In this document: positions 14,094 through 26,786 of the stretch, one piece after another
How positions within the stretch are numbered: the first letter of the stretch is position 1
Layout of the letters: every line of letters begins with the position of its first letter
NCBI GenBank assembly: GCA_964016885.1
Contig: OZ024747.1
Coordinates: 66,278,001 to 66,342,000, forward strand
Reading direction: 5' to 3'
Source of the DNA: Eledone cirrhosa
Lineage: Eukaryota
Length of the DNA stretch: 64,000 nt
Notes under the pieces: generated by a model
What the model saw: the letters and a program-made list of their open reading frames with translations, nothing else
Database searches by the model: none
What the model was told of the DNA's origin: nothing
Position numbers and translations under genes: made by a program

Positions 14094-14369
14094 ATGTATT
14101 ATTTCTTTATCTCTAATATATTATCAGACAAAAGACAAGGAGTAGAAAGTTTACAAAAAAAAATGTAGTGTAGAAGGTTAGAAAAATAGATATGAAAAAA
14201 TATCTTACACATAAACAATAGTATAATAAGTACAGGGCTTAATCTATGATAGGGACCCTTTTAGAGGTAAAAATATAATAAGTGAGTCAAGACGTAAATA
14301 GATATTCGAACTGCTTGACCGATGTCGGCTTTATGCCTAACAATCACTCGTCTGTAAAGTACCTTAGAG

Positions 14370-14641
14370 CAAAGTTCCCCAACCACCGGGCTGCAGACCC
14401 ATACTGGTCCGTGGATCATTTGCTACTGGGTCGTAACATTATATAATAGATAAATTGAATTGAACTTTAATTTTAAAAAATTTACATGAGAATCAAAAGA
14501 TTATACACTTTTTCTTCCCTTTTTATTATTGCTCTCTTGATCGAAATACACTTAAATAGCACATATCTGCAACTACCCGTCCGCGGAAAGATTGTCCGAC
14601 ATGAAGCCAGTTCGTGATATAAAAAAGGTTGGAGATCTCTG
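14370..14641. mobile_element. hAT (Charlie/MER1-like) MITE
   Basis: Ends caaagttccccaacc / ggttggagatctctg; 8-bp TSD ccttagag/ccatagag. Confidence 0.75.
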
Positions 14642-15337
14642 CCATAGAGGATATTCTGTTGCGTGTGCTCGATTGACGGGGCTACGTCCATAGGTACACA
14701 TACACATAGGCTTATAGAGAGAAAGGGACATAAAGAGACGTTAAAAGACAATTTAGATCATTCTTAACTAATTTGTTGCTGACCGTTTTAGCTTGCGTCT
14801 AAAATAATTATTCTCGTACATACAATCCTTCTCTTACAATTGAGGTTACATAGGTATACACATGTTTATATAGACTCAGATACGTACATATTTATATATT
14901 CACACACATGTATATCCACACACTTATAAACATATACATATTCATACGCATACAGATATACAGACACGGTCAGACACACGCATTATATATATTTATATAC
15001 ATATATATTTGTTTTGCGAGGTTTTTGATATGAAATCGTGTGTCAAAACAAATATTGTTATACTTGGGGAGAGTCATGTTGTAATAATATTGCCAGAATT
15101 AATAACAGAACACACTCACTGTTGGTTGGTTTTCGCTTCTGTATCTTTTATATCAATTAATTTATTCGGTCCTCAATGTTTACCATTGACTGACCAACGG
15201 TAAAAAATACCGATATAATATAGATATAAACACATATATATAGTCTAACAAAGTTCTTTCGTTGCACATCTGCAACATCGTCAGTGGTGCTATTATGTTT
15301 CCTCCTGTTGTATTGTATGTCTACGCCATCTTTTCAT

Positions 15338-15480
15338 ATTAGATTTTTAGCGTGGTAATAAATAGCCACGAGCATAATTGGGCTATTTATTACCACGCTA
15401 AAAATCTAATTTAGTCCAGTCCAGAAATGGCTGTCGAAACGGCTTGAGCTCTGCCGTCGGAGTCTTGAACATTTTCCTAT
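15338..15480 (+). mobile_element. PLE 3' fragment with 30-bp fold-back and HHR 3' half
   Basis: Arms 15338-15367 / 15381-15410, then gtccagaaatggctgtcgaaacggcttgagctctgccgtcgg, homologous to 25641-25685; ends in (TA)n. Confidence 0.65.
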
Positions 15481-15598
15481 ATATATATATAAACCTGTAG
15501 GCACAAGTATTGAGCACATTTGCACAAACTATTGACAACTACATATATGTATCGCTTATCTTTCCTTTTTTTCTCTCTCTCGATACTTAAACATTCTC

Positions 15599-15693
<95 letters not shown>

Positions 15694-15820
15694 TCATTTA
15701 TTATGGCTATTGGTGACCTTTGTTACTTTAACGTTTCACCTGCGCACTCACACACACATGTAAGTGTATGTACACCCGAGTATGTATCTGCGTGAATATA
15801 CGAATCAATCTATGTACGAA

Positions 15821-15910
<90 letters not shown>

Positions 15911-15965
15911 TAAAAAAATAATGAATAAAACAATGAAACAGTTCCTTATATTAAACAAAAAAAGT

Positions 15966-16113
15966 TCATTATTTAACGATCGTTTCTAGGATATATATGT
16001 GTTAGAATTGGCATGCATATTCAACAGATCTATGTACAAAATTATACAAAATTATACAAACTATCAAAATTAAATATACATACCCAACACATATATATGC
16101 CGTCTTCAGAACT
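15966..16113 (-). ncRNA. Hammerhead family B copy (stem I degraded)
   Basis: Minus strand: CTGAAGA cggcatatatatgtg...cacatatatatccta GAAA cgatcg TT aaataatga. Confidence 0.5.
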
Positions 16114-16134
16114 TCAAAACTCTTGGTAGATTTA

Positions 16135-16198
<64 letters not shown>

Positions 16199-16231
16199 CA
16201 TACTTATACATACATACTTATACATACATTC

Positions 16232-16271
<40 letters not shown>

Positions 16272-16325
16272 TAGTTTTATATGTGTGTGTGTTTTATATA
16301 CATTTGCCTATCTATTTATCTATTA

Positions 16326-17690
16326 CAGGTGGTGGAGCTCTCTCAAGAGAGCAATTAGAATAGAATCGATAGCATTTAGCAAGGGAGTAGCTTTAGAAAA
16401 AAACAAAACTGAAAAGGAACTGGTAGCTTAAGTAGAGAGGCATTTAGGAATGGCAGTACAGCTGGTGTGCTAGCGGCGAGAACGGCACTAGACAAGTTCT
16501 TCAACGTGAAACACGAAGGTTGTATTGTCAGAAGTAGAACACGTGCTCTAAGAAATGAGGGAACCAAAGCTGTTAGCTGGGCCCGAGTGGCAGAGGCGAA
16601 AAGTGGCAACAAATCCACAATTCCTGGCCGATGAACCGGTGTGGCTGACGTTTGTGAGACATGAGATAAGCTCTTCCACAACTCGTCTCACTAACAGAGC
16701 TCTAATCCTGGGTCAAGCGAAGACCGAAAATGGGTGCCTGTCACCTTGTGTGCCTTTAGGCGTTCACAACCCTCTACGAAGCGGAAACGGCAATCAGCGG
16801 AGACTCCACTTCGACATTCTATAGGGGATTAGTGGAGGATAAGTGTGACGACATTCTCGGGGAGGCATTGAGGAGGACGAACTGACCAGTCTGTTCGGGA
16901 GGACTTTCCGTCCAGGGCCTATGGATAACTTCCAGAGGTCTCTAGCCAGGAGCTCTACCAGTTCAAGACAAAATTTACAGGCACGGACGCCCTGGCAGAG
17001 ATCCTGCCAAAAGGACCTGTCCAAGATGCGAACAGGACATCGAAACCGTTCTGCACGCAATTGTTCAGTGCCCAGAGGTGACCGACCTGTGGAATTATGT
17101 CGAACAGCTACTGTCACGTGTGGGACGCATCCAGTTGTCAGCCGAGTCCATCGTGAGGATCACCCCACCACCTTCATTTAAGAATGAAGGAGAGGCGGTT
17201 TTCTACTGTCTGCTGGCTATGGCGAAAGAGGTAATATGGTGGACGAGGTTAAAAGGACTGAGGGCAAACACCTTTCTCTCCGGACAACAACTTATCCCCT
17301 TCTTTAAGTACCACTTCAGAAGGAAGGTGAGGGTGGAGAGAGAGATGCTACACCCCAGTAAATTCGCTGAAAGGTGGGTGAATGTGACGAAAATGGCCCG
17401 AGTGAATGGGCCTTCTCTGTATATAAACCTGTAGGTTGAGGAAGATGAACAGAGGGAAGACGGGAACACTTACAAAACGTGTTCCTGGTGTTGAGGGTAT
17501 TCCTATCCACGAGTTGTAAAACAACCCTGCAGTAACGTTCCCCCCTACTGGGGATTTCAATTGTTATTTTATTATATATAGTTTATTGTTATATATTAAT
17601 GTTAAAGTTATATGATTTTTATGTAAACTCCCCGCCGTCACGTCTTGTAATGTCCCATTTTTGTACGCCCCTGTGGCAAATAAAGAAAGA
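16326..17690 (+). mobile_element. L1/Tx1-like LINE, internally deleted and decayed 3' portion
   Basis: Fragments WWSSLKRAIR..., frameshifted CCHC (C-P-R-C..ETVLHAIVQC), DLWNYVEQLL...; ends ...aataaagaaaga; related fragment at 27370-27640. Confidence 0.65.
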
Positions 17691-17868
17691 TATCTATCCA
17701 TCTATCTGTAAATCTAGACTATTGATAGACTAGAAAAAGTGTCTTAACGTTTTGAAAACAATTCCTTCATCAGAATATAGAATGAGAAATAAAATATGTG
17801 TGAGAAATAATATATGTATGTGTGTATATATATGTATGTGTGTATATATATATATGTATGTGTCTATG

Positions 17869-17902
<34 letters not shown>

Positions 17903-17927
17903 TGTATGTATGTATGTATGTATGTAT

Positions 17928-18350
17928 GGTGAGGAGGGTGATATTTGGACACCGTGCGGGAAGAAATACAAGACCCGGCAAAGGGCGGCGGAACTCAGCA
18001 GAGTCAACGGTCATCCAAATAGTACTTTTTTTTTCACCTGGGAGTGAAAGGCTCCCAGTTGTTGTCACAACACCTTTCTAGGCGAGGGAAACTCTGAAAA
18101 TAAAACCTGCAGCTTCGGAAGTATCCGATGATGTTGACCAGTTCTCCTTTATGGGTAATGTTTTCGATGCTCAGAGAGTGGGATTGGTCGAGTGCAAGGC
18201 CTTTCTCCACTTAAAAAAACCTTCAAAGCACAGGCATTTCTTGTTCAGGATGTGTTACAGGTTCGTGTGGCTGGCCGTAGCCTAAAAGTGCACCAAACTC
18301 TATAATCTGACAAGCGATTCCAATACTCTTAGCAGAGTTTGCAGCCATCA
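17928..18350 (+). mobile_element. Non-autonomous retroelement with RTE-5'UTR-like segment, in (TATG)n
   Basis: tctaggcgagggaaactctgaaaataaaacctg motif; shares gatgatgttga and gctcagagagtgggattgg with 55120-55400; start related to 37200-37290 (-). Confidence 0.45.
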
Positions 18351-18420
18351 TGTATGTATGTATGTATGTATGTATGTATGTATGTATGTATGTATGTATG
18401 TATGTATGTATGTATGTATG

Positions 18421-18756
18421 ATGGTATTCAATGATGTTGACTTGTTCTTCTTTTTGGTAAATATCATCTTGGTCAAGAGAGTGGGACTGGCTTTGTGCAG
18501 TGCCTTTGCTCACTATAAAAGCTTCACGGCACAGCCATTGCTTTATATCTGGAGATTTCTCTGCACTTGTTGTCACATGGTACCATGGGTCCAGCACTAT
18601 GTGTCAATAATTGTCACAAGTGTAGTGTTTGTACCAGAGTTTTCAAGTCGCTGGCTGGACTAAAAAACCACACTCGTTCAGCGCATCGGTAGGGGTTCTC
18701 CTACTTGGATATAAAGTAGTGGCCGTACTCGAAAACGAGTTGGCAGCCACCACCAT
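18421..18756 (+). repeat. Interspersed repeat bounded by (TATG)n
   Basis: Near-identical inverted copy at ~36768-37100; short copy at ~54697-54778. Confidence 0.75.
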
Positions 18757-18793
18757 GTATGTATGTATGTATGTATGTATGTATGTATGTATG

Positions 18794-18826
<33 letters not shown>

Positions 18827-19339
18827 CTATATATTATATGTAAATAGATTTGTGTTTTAGTTTAGTATTGCTTTTTCAACTTACATTATCTATAATAATC
18901 GTAAGTCCATTTTGGAGAGGAAATTAATGGCTATTTCAATGTTAAAATATATTTGAATGCTTTTGTAAATATTAAAGGACACCTACCTAAACATATGTAT
19001 ACGTGCATGACTGAATACATATATTCTTACATACATATACATATAAATATATATTTATACACACACACACATATATATATATATATTAGTATTATTAAAA
19101 TGTATATTGAAGACTCATTGAGAAATGTAGACCAAAGTAGAAATGGTTGCATTTGAAAAAAGAATAAGTAGAACTCAATAACGGTCGGCATATAGCCAAG
19201 AACACACACAAACACACACAAACACACACACACACACACACATACACACACACACACACACATACACACAGAATACTGAGATTTGCATATAAATCGTAAT
19301 AGACACATATGCACGCTTGCGCACGCACTCACACACTTA

Positions 19340-19422
<83 letters not shown>

Positions 19423-19779
19423 CACATTATATTAAATAAACAAGATAAACACCGAGAAAAACCTAATACTAAAATATGTCGAAAAACAGTCAAATAGTTG
19501 AAGTAATCAGAAATGTGCGTTAACAGCTTAAAAGCAAATAACGAATGAAAACATTTTGTAAAATACTTTGCAAATGCAGATCATTCACTCTTTCTTTCTC
19601 TCTGTCTCCCTCTCTCTCGCCTACATAAATTAATATGTACATTTATATATGTATTTTCATATACACACACAAACACACACACACATACATTAGTTAGATA
19701 GATAGATACTGTATATATATATATATATATATATACTGTATATATATATATGTATATATATATATTTATGTGTGTGTGA

Positions 19780-19826
<47 letters not shown>

Positions 19827-20186
19827 CGTGCGCTTGTCTGTCTACAGCTTTTCTTGCTAATTTCAACGTACAGTTCTGAGAAATAAAAAGGAACATTTTA
19901 AAAAACAAACTCTTCAAGCACAGTAAAAACATAAAAATAAAAATGGCCGATTTCAATATTAGAAAATGTTTCTTGTCAAGGAGTGTTTAACTCAATGAGC
20001 ACGGCAGTAAGCCTCGGTCTGAATGATATATAATTCGATTCTTCATAGCGACTTCCTTTCCGTCTATAAGGGGTCTTTATCCGATTTTCTCAGCTATTTC
20101 TTTTTAACAATTAACTGTATTGACGATTACATACTGCTTCTGAGTTCCTGTCTGCCTGTCTCTCTCTCTCTGACTCACTTACTCTT

Positions 20187-20224
<38 letters not shown>

Positions 20225-20236
20225 GGAACCAGTAAG

Positions 20237-20330
20237 ACCCCGACAGCTGAGCTCAAGCCGTTTCGACGGCTAATTCTGGACTAAATGAAAATTTGTCCTG
20301 GTATTTAAATAGCCGATCTTCTCAAGGGGT
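20237..20330 (-). ncRNA. Type I hammerhead ribozyme, U3-A8 variant (left-arm copy)
   Basis: Reverse complement of 25592-25685. Confidence 0.78.
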
Positions 20331-21427
20331 AATTCCATATATGGTCAAAGTGATTGTCAAAAATCAGTAGTAATTCTGTGGTTGCAAATTAGTTGGGGAG
20401 ATGGTGGCTAAACCTGCCAGTAGGAGAAAGAGGGGAGGGGTGGAGTAGACCCAATCAAGCGTTGGTAGTGCCAGCTACAGCTGGGCATGAGGTCAAAGAA
20501 GATACAGGGGAGGGGGAGGAGGAGGAAGTCGGAACGGTAGGTAGAACAATGGGGGGTAGAAATATATAGGAAAGAAAAAATACTGAGAGTGGAGAAAAGC
20601 AAATAAGTGTAAAGAAAAAAGTAAAGTAAATTCTACGACCTAGGTCTCTAGCTATTGTTAGGCTAGAATAAATAAATAAAGAAAGAAAGAAAGAAGTAAA
20701 GAAAGAAATAAAGAAATAACGAAATAAGTAAAAGAACTAGGTGGGACGGAATAGGCAAGGACCCTTTTAAGAGGTATAAGTACGTAAATGATACGGTGAC
20801 GGGTCAACAAAAGGGGCCAAAATACTAAAGAGACTACCACGAAATAAACAATAAAGGTTTCCATCCCGGGCACAATGCCAGCAACCACCCAGTGCAGCAA
20901 AGTGAACTAGTACGAGATAATAATTCTGAGTCCCGAGAAAAATATATACTAATGCTAACTCTAAAAGATCTAAAACAAGCTACATGAAAGTTCGTACGAA
21001 GTAAAGGTAGAATACGGAAAAATAAATTCAGAATCCACCCCGCCCAAAAGAAAAGCGAAGAAAGAAATACTGAAACGAAAAAATAAGGCATAAGTGCCAC
21101 TAAGAAATATAGAGGGCACAGAGAATAGTGGGAGCGGTCGGAAAAAGGGGACAAGTATCCGGGGTCTAAACCAACTGCTATAAAGGGCGGAGTCCGCCAA
21201 ATCTATCATAGACTAGGGGAGGGGGTGGGGGTACTAAGGCTACAAGGGGCCAAAGGGCAGCCTCGGGTGGGCGAGAAAAGACGCCGACAAAGGAGAAGAG
21301 CTGGGGTAGAAGGACTAAGGAGAGAGGGGGGGGAGGAAATAAAGGAAGCGATAAAAGAATACAAAGAAGATCTTACGTCTCCCTTGGCAAGCAGGGGTTA
21401 CCCATTGCAAAATCGGCAAGTGGGGTG

Positions 21428-23524
21428 TTATAGCCCTAGTCTACCCCCCGGGTCATTATGGGGTTTGAGGGCGAGGTAAGTCCTACGCAATCTATGTTTA
21501 CATGCAGTAACCAGTTCATCTTTCTTGTTTAGGAGTTTGTCCGTCGAAAACAGCATTTGTAAAGTTTCCTCCGAGCATAAATTGCACGGACGGCGTCCTC
21601 CCGTGTAAGAATTGGCTCTGGACAGTAATCTCCAAGTGAGATCATAGGTGATGTTGTTGTCCTTGAGGTCCCATATGTGGCCCGAAAGTGTAGTGGCGTG
21701 ACGCCGGGCCGGGTTTCGGAAGGTATGTCTATGTTGGTATAGCCGGGTCTTGAAGTCACATGCGGTAAGTCCTATATAGGCTTTGTTGGAGGTATCCGTC
21801 CTCACGTTGCACTGGTAGATCACATTACGGTCTCTGCATCTATTGTCGAGTGGGCAAATGGATCTATCCGGGCAGTTACACCTCCTGGTCGGTTCTCCAC
21901 TGCTATTTAGGTTATTTCTGCCATCGGAGTTGAGTTTTTTGTTGTTAGAGGAGACGATGTTTTGTGCGAAGTTTGGTGTAGTGCTGTAAGAGAGTTTGAT
22001 GGTATTTTTGTTAATTATGTTGTGGTAGCGGTGTTGTAATGGGAAGTGTTTTTCAATGAGCCTAAAGAATAGTTTCCCGATGGGAGTTGTCACCTCTGCG
22101 TTGTGGGGAGGATTGAACCATGTTACATTGCGTGAGCGGCGGTGTCTCCTGCTGGTTCCGCTAATGGGAGCTGGACAGTAGGATATTTCCTCCCGGAAAC
22201 CACTCCGCTTGAGGGCCTGGTTGTAATAAGGCGCATGTTCATCGAATATCCGCTCATTAGCTGACAAACGGGATATGCGGAGGGAGATGTTTTTGACCAG
22301 GTTGTTTGTGATGTTCCTAGGATGGTTTGATCGGCGGTGGATGTAGTGCAGATTGTCATTAGGTTTCCTGTATGGGTAGTACAGGTCGTTTTCGAGGTCG
22401 AGGGTCACGTCCAGGAAGTTTACTCGGGTCAGGGACGTTTGTAGGGTTATTTTAAATCCCCAGTCGCGGAAGAATCTGATTAATTGTTTCCGGACCCGAT
22501 CTGTACTACTGGGGTTGTACCCTTTAAGGGTAAGGAGCCCATCATCACGGTACAATCCACCACCGAATGCAGGAAACATATCAGTGAGTTTGGCTATTAG
22601 GAATAATCCTATAAGATCTGTGACCTCCGCCGAATCCGTGGCGCCCATGCTGACGTCGAAGGGTGAGTCGGGAGCTCTTTTTATCCATTTAGAGTCGTCA
22701 AAGAGTAAGACTGTCTTCCTGTCGTGGAGGATAATTTTTCTTTCCTGGTCGGTGATGGGCACAAGTGTTTCGGCGAAGTCCAAGGCGGCAGTAAGTAGCG
22801 GTAAGGTGATTGAAGCATAGTAGCTCTCTATGTCGAACTGTATGAATTTAGTTTCTCGTTTATCCTCCATATTGCTGAACCAGGAGATTACTTTCTGGGT
22901 GTTGATCCATAGGCTAAGTCGGGTGTGTTGCTTGACTTTTGGTATCACGCGGTCTAGGATTTTTTTGCTGATTCTCCCTATGTCGGACTTCGTTGGGTTA
23001 ATAAGCCTGATAGAGGGTTTACGGTCAAAATCGGATTTATGGTCCTTCAGTGTGAAGTATGGTGTCCGTGGGTCTAGAGGTTCCGTGCGGTCGGCGATCC
23101 CGAGGCTGGAGGTAATTTGTTGTCCATCTCGATTTATGTCCTCGATGCAAGAGTGGTTGGCCTTTTTATAGGTGGAGTTTAGGCTGCTCCTGATCAGTGT
23201 GTCGTATCTGTCAGGGTTGACAAAGTATAGGTTCCCAGTTTTATCCGAATGCACCATGATGTCATTTGTGTTATCATACTCTGTTAAGTTGCTACGGAGT
23301 TTTTGTAGGAATCGGTTGTGTCTGGGTTTAAGTTTAATGTTCTTGACCAGTTGGAAGAGGTCATTCTCGAAGGGTGCGAGCAAGGGGTTCAGGGGCGGAG
23401 ATTTGTAGGTAATAAATCCGAATCTCTCCTTGGTGCCGAAGTCTTGGTTGCCGCAATATCTGTCATAGGAAAAAGTTCTCCATCTAAGTCTTTTCGCAAA
23501 TAGATCGATTTTTTGCGTGAGCAT
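21428..23524 (-). CDS. PLE polyprotein: reverse transcriptase + Cys linker + C-terminal GIY-YIG endonuclease (N-terminus cut at the inversion junction)
   Basis: KDHK..IRLINP, FDIESYY, SMGA, LYRDDG, FLDV, CNC..CPL..C, NVIYQC..YIGLT..FKTRLYQH; 698 aa uninterrupted; Nematis-like clade is inference. Confidence 0.9.
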   Translation of the reverse strand: MLTQKIDLFAKRLRWRTFSYDRYCGNQDFGTKERFGFITYKSPPLNPLLAPFENDLFQLVKNIKLKPRHNRFLQKLRSNLTEYDNTNDIMVHSDKTGNLYFVNPDRYDTLIRSSLNSTYKKANHSCIEDINRDGQQITSSLGIADRTEPLDPRTPYFTLKDHKSDFDRKPSIRLINPTKSDIGRISKKILDRVIPKVKQHTRLSLWINTQKVISWFSNMEDKRETKFIQFDIESYYASITLPLLTAALDFAETLVPITDQERKIILHDRKTVLLFDDSKWIKRAPDSPFDVSMGATDSAEVTDLIGLFLIAKLTDMFPAFGGGLYRDDGLLTLKGYNPSSTDRVRKQLIRFFRDWGFKITLQTSLTRVNFLDVTLDLENDLYYPYRKPNDNLHYIHRRSNHPRNITNNLVKNISLRISRLSANERIFDEHAPYYNQALKRSGFREEISYCPAPISGTSRRHRRSRNVTWFNPPHNAEVTTPIGKLFFRLIEKHFPLQHRYHNIINKNTIKLSYSTTPNFAQNIVSSNNKKLNSDGRNNLNSSGEPTRRCNCPDRSICPLDNRCRDRNVIYQCNVRTDTSNKAYIGLTACDFKTRLYQHRHTFRNPARRHATTLSGHIWDLKDNNITYDLTWRLLSRANSYTGGRRPCNLCSEETLQMLFSTDKLLNKKDELVTACKHRLRRTYLALKPHNDPGGRLGL

Positions 23525-23532
23525 CCGAAGGT

Positions 23533-24494
23533 ACGACCTGTACTACCCATACAGGAAACCTAATGACAATCTGCACTACATCCACCGCCGATCAAACCAT
23601 CCTAGGAACATCACAAACAACCTGGTCAAAAACATCTCCCTCCGCATATCCCGTTTGTCAGCTAATGAGCGGATATTCGATGAACATGCGCCTTATTACA
23701 ACCAGGCCCTCAAGCGGAGTGGTTTCCGGGAGGAAATATCCTACTGTCCAGCTCCCATTAGCGGAATCAGCAGGAGACACCGCCGCTCACGCAATGTAAC
23801 ATGGTTCAATCCTCCCCACAACGCAGAGGTGACAACTCCCATCGGGAAACTATTCTTTAGGCTCATTGAAAAACACTTCCCATTACAACACCGCTACCAC
23901 AACATAATTAACAAAAATACCATCAAACTCTCTTACAGCACTACACCAAACTTCGCACAAAACATCGTCTCCTCTAACAACAAAAAACTCAACTCCGATG
24001 GCAGAAATAACCTAAATAGCAGTGGAGAACCGACCAGGAGGTGTAACTGCCCGGATAGATCCATTTGCCCACTCGACAATAGATGCAGAGACCGTAATGT
24101 GATCTACCAGTGCAACGTGAGGACGGATACCTCCAACAAAGCCTATATAGGACTTACCGCATGTGACTTCAAGACCCGGCTATACCAACATAGACATACC
24201 TTCCGAAACCCGGCCCGGCGTCACGCCACTACACTTTCGGGCCACATATGGGACCTCAAGGACAACAACATCACCTATGATCTCACTTGGAGATTACTGT
24301 CCAGAGCCAATTCTTACACGGGAGGACGCCGTCCGTGCAATTTATGCTCGGAGGAAACTTTACAAATGCTGTTTTCGACGGACCAACTCCTAAACAAGAA
24401 AGATGAACTGGTTACTGCATGTAAACATAGATTGCGTAGGACTTACCTCGCCCTCAAACCCCATAATGACCCGGGGGGTAGACTAGGGCTATAA
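23533..24494 (+). CDS. Inverted duplicate of the PLE thumb + GIY-YIG region (5'-truncated)
   Basis: Matches the C-terminal ~320 aa of the 21428-23524 ORF except T/I and K/Q. Confidence 0.8.
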
Positions 24495-25591
24495 CACCCC
24501 ACTTGCCGATTTTGCAATGGGTAACCCCTGCTTGCCAAGGGAGACGTAAGATCTTCTTTGTATTCTTTTATCGCTTCCTTTATTTCCTTCCCCCCCTCTC
24601 TCCTTAGTCCTTCTACCCCAGCTCTTCTCCTTTGTCGGCGTCTTTTCTCGCCCACCCGAGGCTGCCCTTTGGCCCCTTGTAGCCTTAGTACCCCCACCCC
24701 CTCCCCTAGTCTATGATAGATTTGGCGGACTCCGCCCTTTATAGCAGTTGGTTTAGACCCCGGATACTTGTCCCCTTTTTCCGACCGCTCCCACTATTCT
24801 CTGTGCCCTCTATATTTCTTAGTGGCACTTATGCCTTATTTTTTCGTTTCAGTATTTCTTTCTTCGCTTTTCTTTTGGGCGGGGTGGATTCTGAATTTAT
24901 TTTTCCGTATTCTACCTTTACTTCGTACGAACTTTCATGTAGCTTGTTTTAGATCTTTTAGAGTTAGCATTAGTATATATTTTTCTCGGGACTCAGAATT
25001 ATTATCTCGTACTAGTTCACTTTGCTGCACTGGGTGGTTGCTGGCATTGTGCCCGGGATGGAAACCTTTATTGTTTATTTCGTGGTAGTCTCTTTAGTAT
25101 TTTGGCCCCTTTTGTTGACCCGTCACCGTATCATTTACGTACTTATACCTCTTAAAAGGGTCCTTGCCTATTCCGTCCCACCTAGTTCTTTTACTTATTT
25201 CGTTATTTCTTTATTTCTTTCTTTACTTCTTTCTTTCTTTCTTTATTTATTTATTCTAGCCTAACAATAGCTAGAGACCTAGGTCGTAGAATTTACTTTA
25301 CTTTTTTCTTTACACTTATTTGCTTTTCTCCACTCTCAGTATTTTTTCTTTCCTATATATTTCTACCCCCCATTGTTCTACCTACCGTTCCGACTTCCTC
25401 CTCCTCCCCCTCCCCTGTATCTTCTTTGACCTCATGCCCAGCTGTAGCTGGCACTACCAACGCTTGATTGGGTCTACTCCACCCCTCCCCTCTTTCTCCT
25501 ACTGGCAGGTTTAGCCACCATCTCCCCAACTAATTTGCAACCACAGAATTACTACTGATTTTTGACAATCACTTTGACCATATATGGAATT

Positions 25592-25685
25592 ACCCCTTGA
25601 GAAGATCGGCTATTTAAATACCAGGACAAATTTTCATTTAGTCCAGAATTAGCCGTCGAAACGGCTTGAGCTCAGCTGTCGGGGT
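25592..25685 (+). ncRNA. Type I hammerhead ribozyme, U3-A8 core variant (family C), in the PLE 3' region
   Basis: acccc-TTGAGAA-ga(t)cggcta...ggac..gtcc...tagccgtc-GAAA-cggct tgagctc agctg-TC-ggggt; predicted GUC cleavage after 25680. Confidence 0.8.
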
Positions 25686-25796
25686 CTTACTGGTTCCTAT
25701 TACCCACTCTACTACCTCAAGTATTGAGTACTTTGGTGCGTTATGGTCCACCTGGTTCCTTACCACATTTCCTTCGTTATATATATATATATATAT

Positions 25797-26378
25797 ATCC
25801 ATGTGCAACCATGCAGTATTCTTCTCCCCTTGCTTTTCATATATATTTACCTAAACTGCGATTATCTGTTTCTCTCTTTCTCTCTTACTGCTCCCCCGTT
25901 CTCTCTGTTTCTCTTACCTTCTTTCGTCCCCTCTGTCAGTTAACACTTTCTCTCGACTGACCTCTTCCTCGCACTTCCACTCACTCACTCTCTGTTTCTC
26001 TCCTTCTCACTTCCTCCCGTTCGCTAGTAGTGGGGTTCCTTCTTTCTCACACCGCATTCACGGCGAACGGTCTGCTTCTCTGACCGCTCAAGAAATTCAC
26101 CCAGCTTATGCTGATCGGATAACTATCATGTTGCTTGCTGTTTTCCCAACCTTCGGTTTGCTTTTCCTTCTGTTGTTTACTTGTCTCACTCGCTTTACGC
26201 GTTTCACTTGTCCCAATAGCTTATTTTAGTTATTGCTCGCACCAACTTGAGGTATCTGATTTTTAATACGATGAAATACCAATGATGGATGGCAAATCAC
26301 TGATGAGGGACTAATTTTATAATATGTAATCCATGTGCAACCATGCAGTATTCTTCTCCCCTTGTTTTTCATATATAT
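25797..26378 (+). repeat. Repeat with ~48-bp terminal direct repeats (pLTR-like remnant)
   Basis: atccatgtgcaaccatgcagtattcttctccccttg at ~25797 and ~26329; isolated CTGATGA at ~26300; flanked by (TA)n. Confidence 0.5.
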
Positions 26379-26390
26379 ATATATTTTTTC

Positions 26391-26424
<34 letters not shown>

Positions 26425-26574
26425 ATATGATAACATTAATAAAGATGCTGATGTTACATAAATCGTATAAATTATATATATCGTGGTGGAACACTGGAAG
26501 GTAATATCCGTAGTGGTAGAGCACTCAGTCCAAGGGACGAGTTAGGTAGAAGTGGTTACACAACAGTTAGTTCA

Positions 26575-26624
26575 CCATACCGAGAACAATTGTTTCACCT
26601 TAGCAGATCTTCAGCTCGGGATGG
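26575..26624 (-). ncRNA. Minimal type I hammerhead ribozyme (family D)
   Basis: Minus strand: ccat c ccgag-CTGAAGA-t ct gctaa gg t-GAAA-caattg-TT-ctcgg t atgg. Confidence 0.65.
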
Positions 26625-26786
26625 GCATGGTTATAGGAACAGGGAGGACAACCGTACGAACGCCCATGCGCAGAAACCCGGTCACCTCACACAGGCAATA
26701 CTAGACTGCGTGCGAGAGGTGTAAGGGAGATAACTGCGAAAGTCCGAAAAGTTTTTAGGTTGAAAATAAAATAAAATTACAAAGAA

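Larger units (their letters stand above)
20222..25780. mobile_element. Penelope-like element in inverted (head-to-head, fold-back) configuration
   Basis: Arms 20222-22389 and 23533-25700 are reverse complements (2168 bp, about 3 differences seen) around a unique RT spacer; both ends abut (TA)n. Confidence 0.93.

Noticed and set aside
17735-17780. Minus-strand CTGATGA-ggaa/tttc-AAAA-cgtt motif
   Set aside because: G12 lost and stem I absent; degenerate
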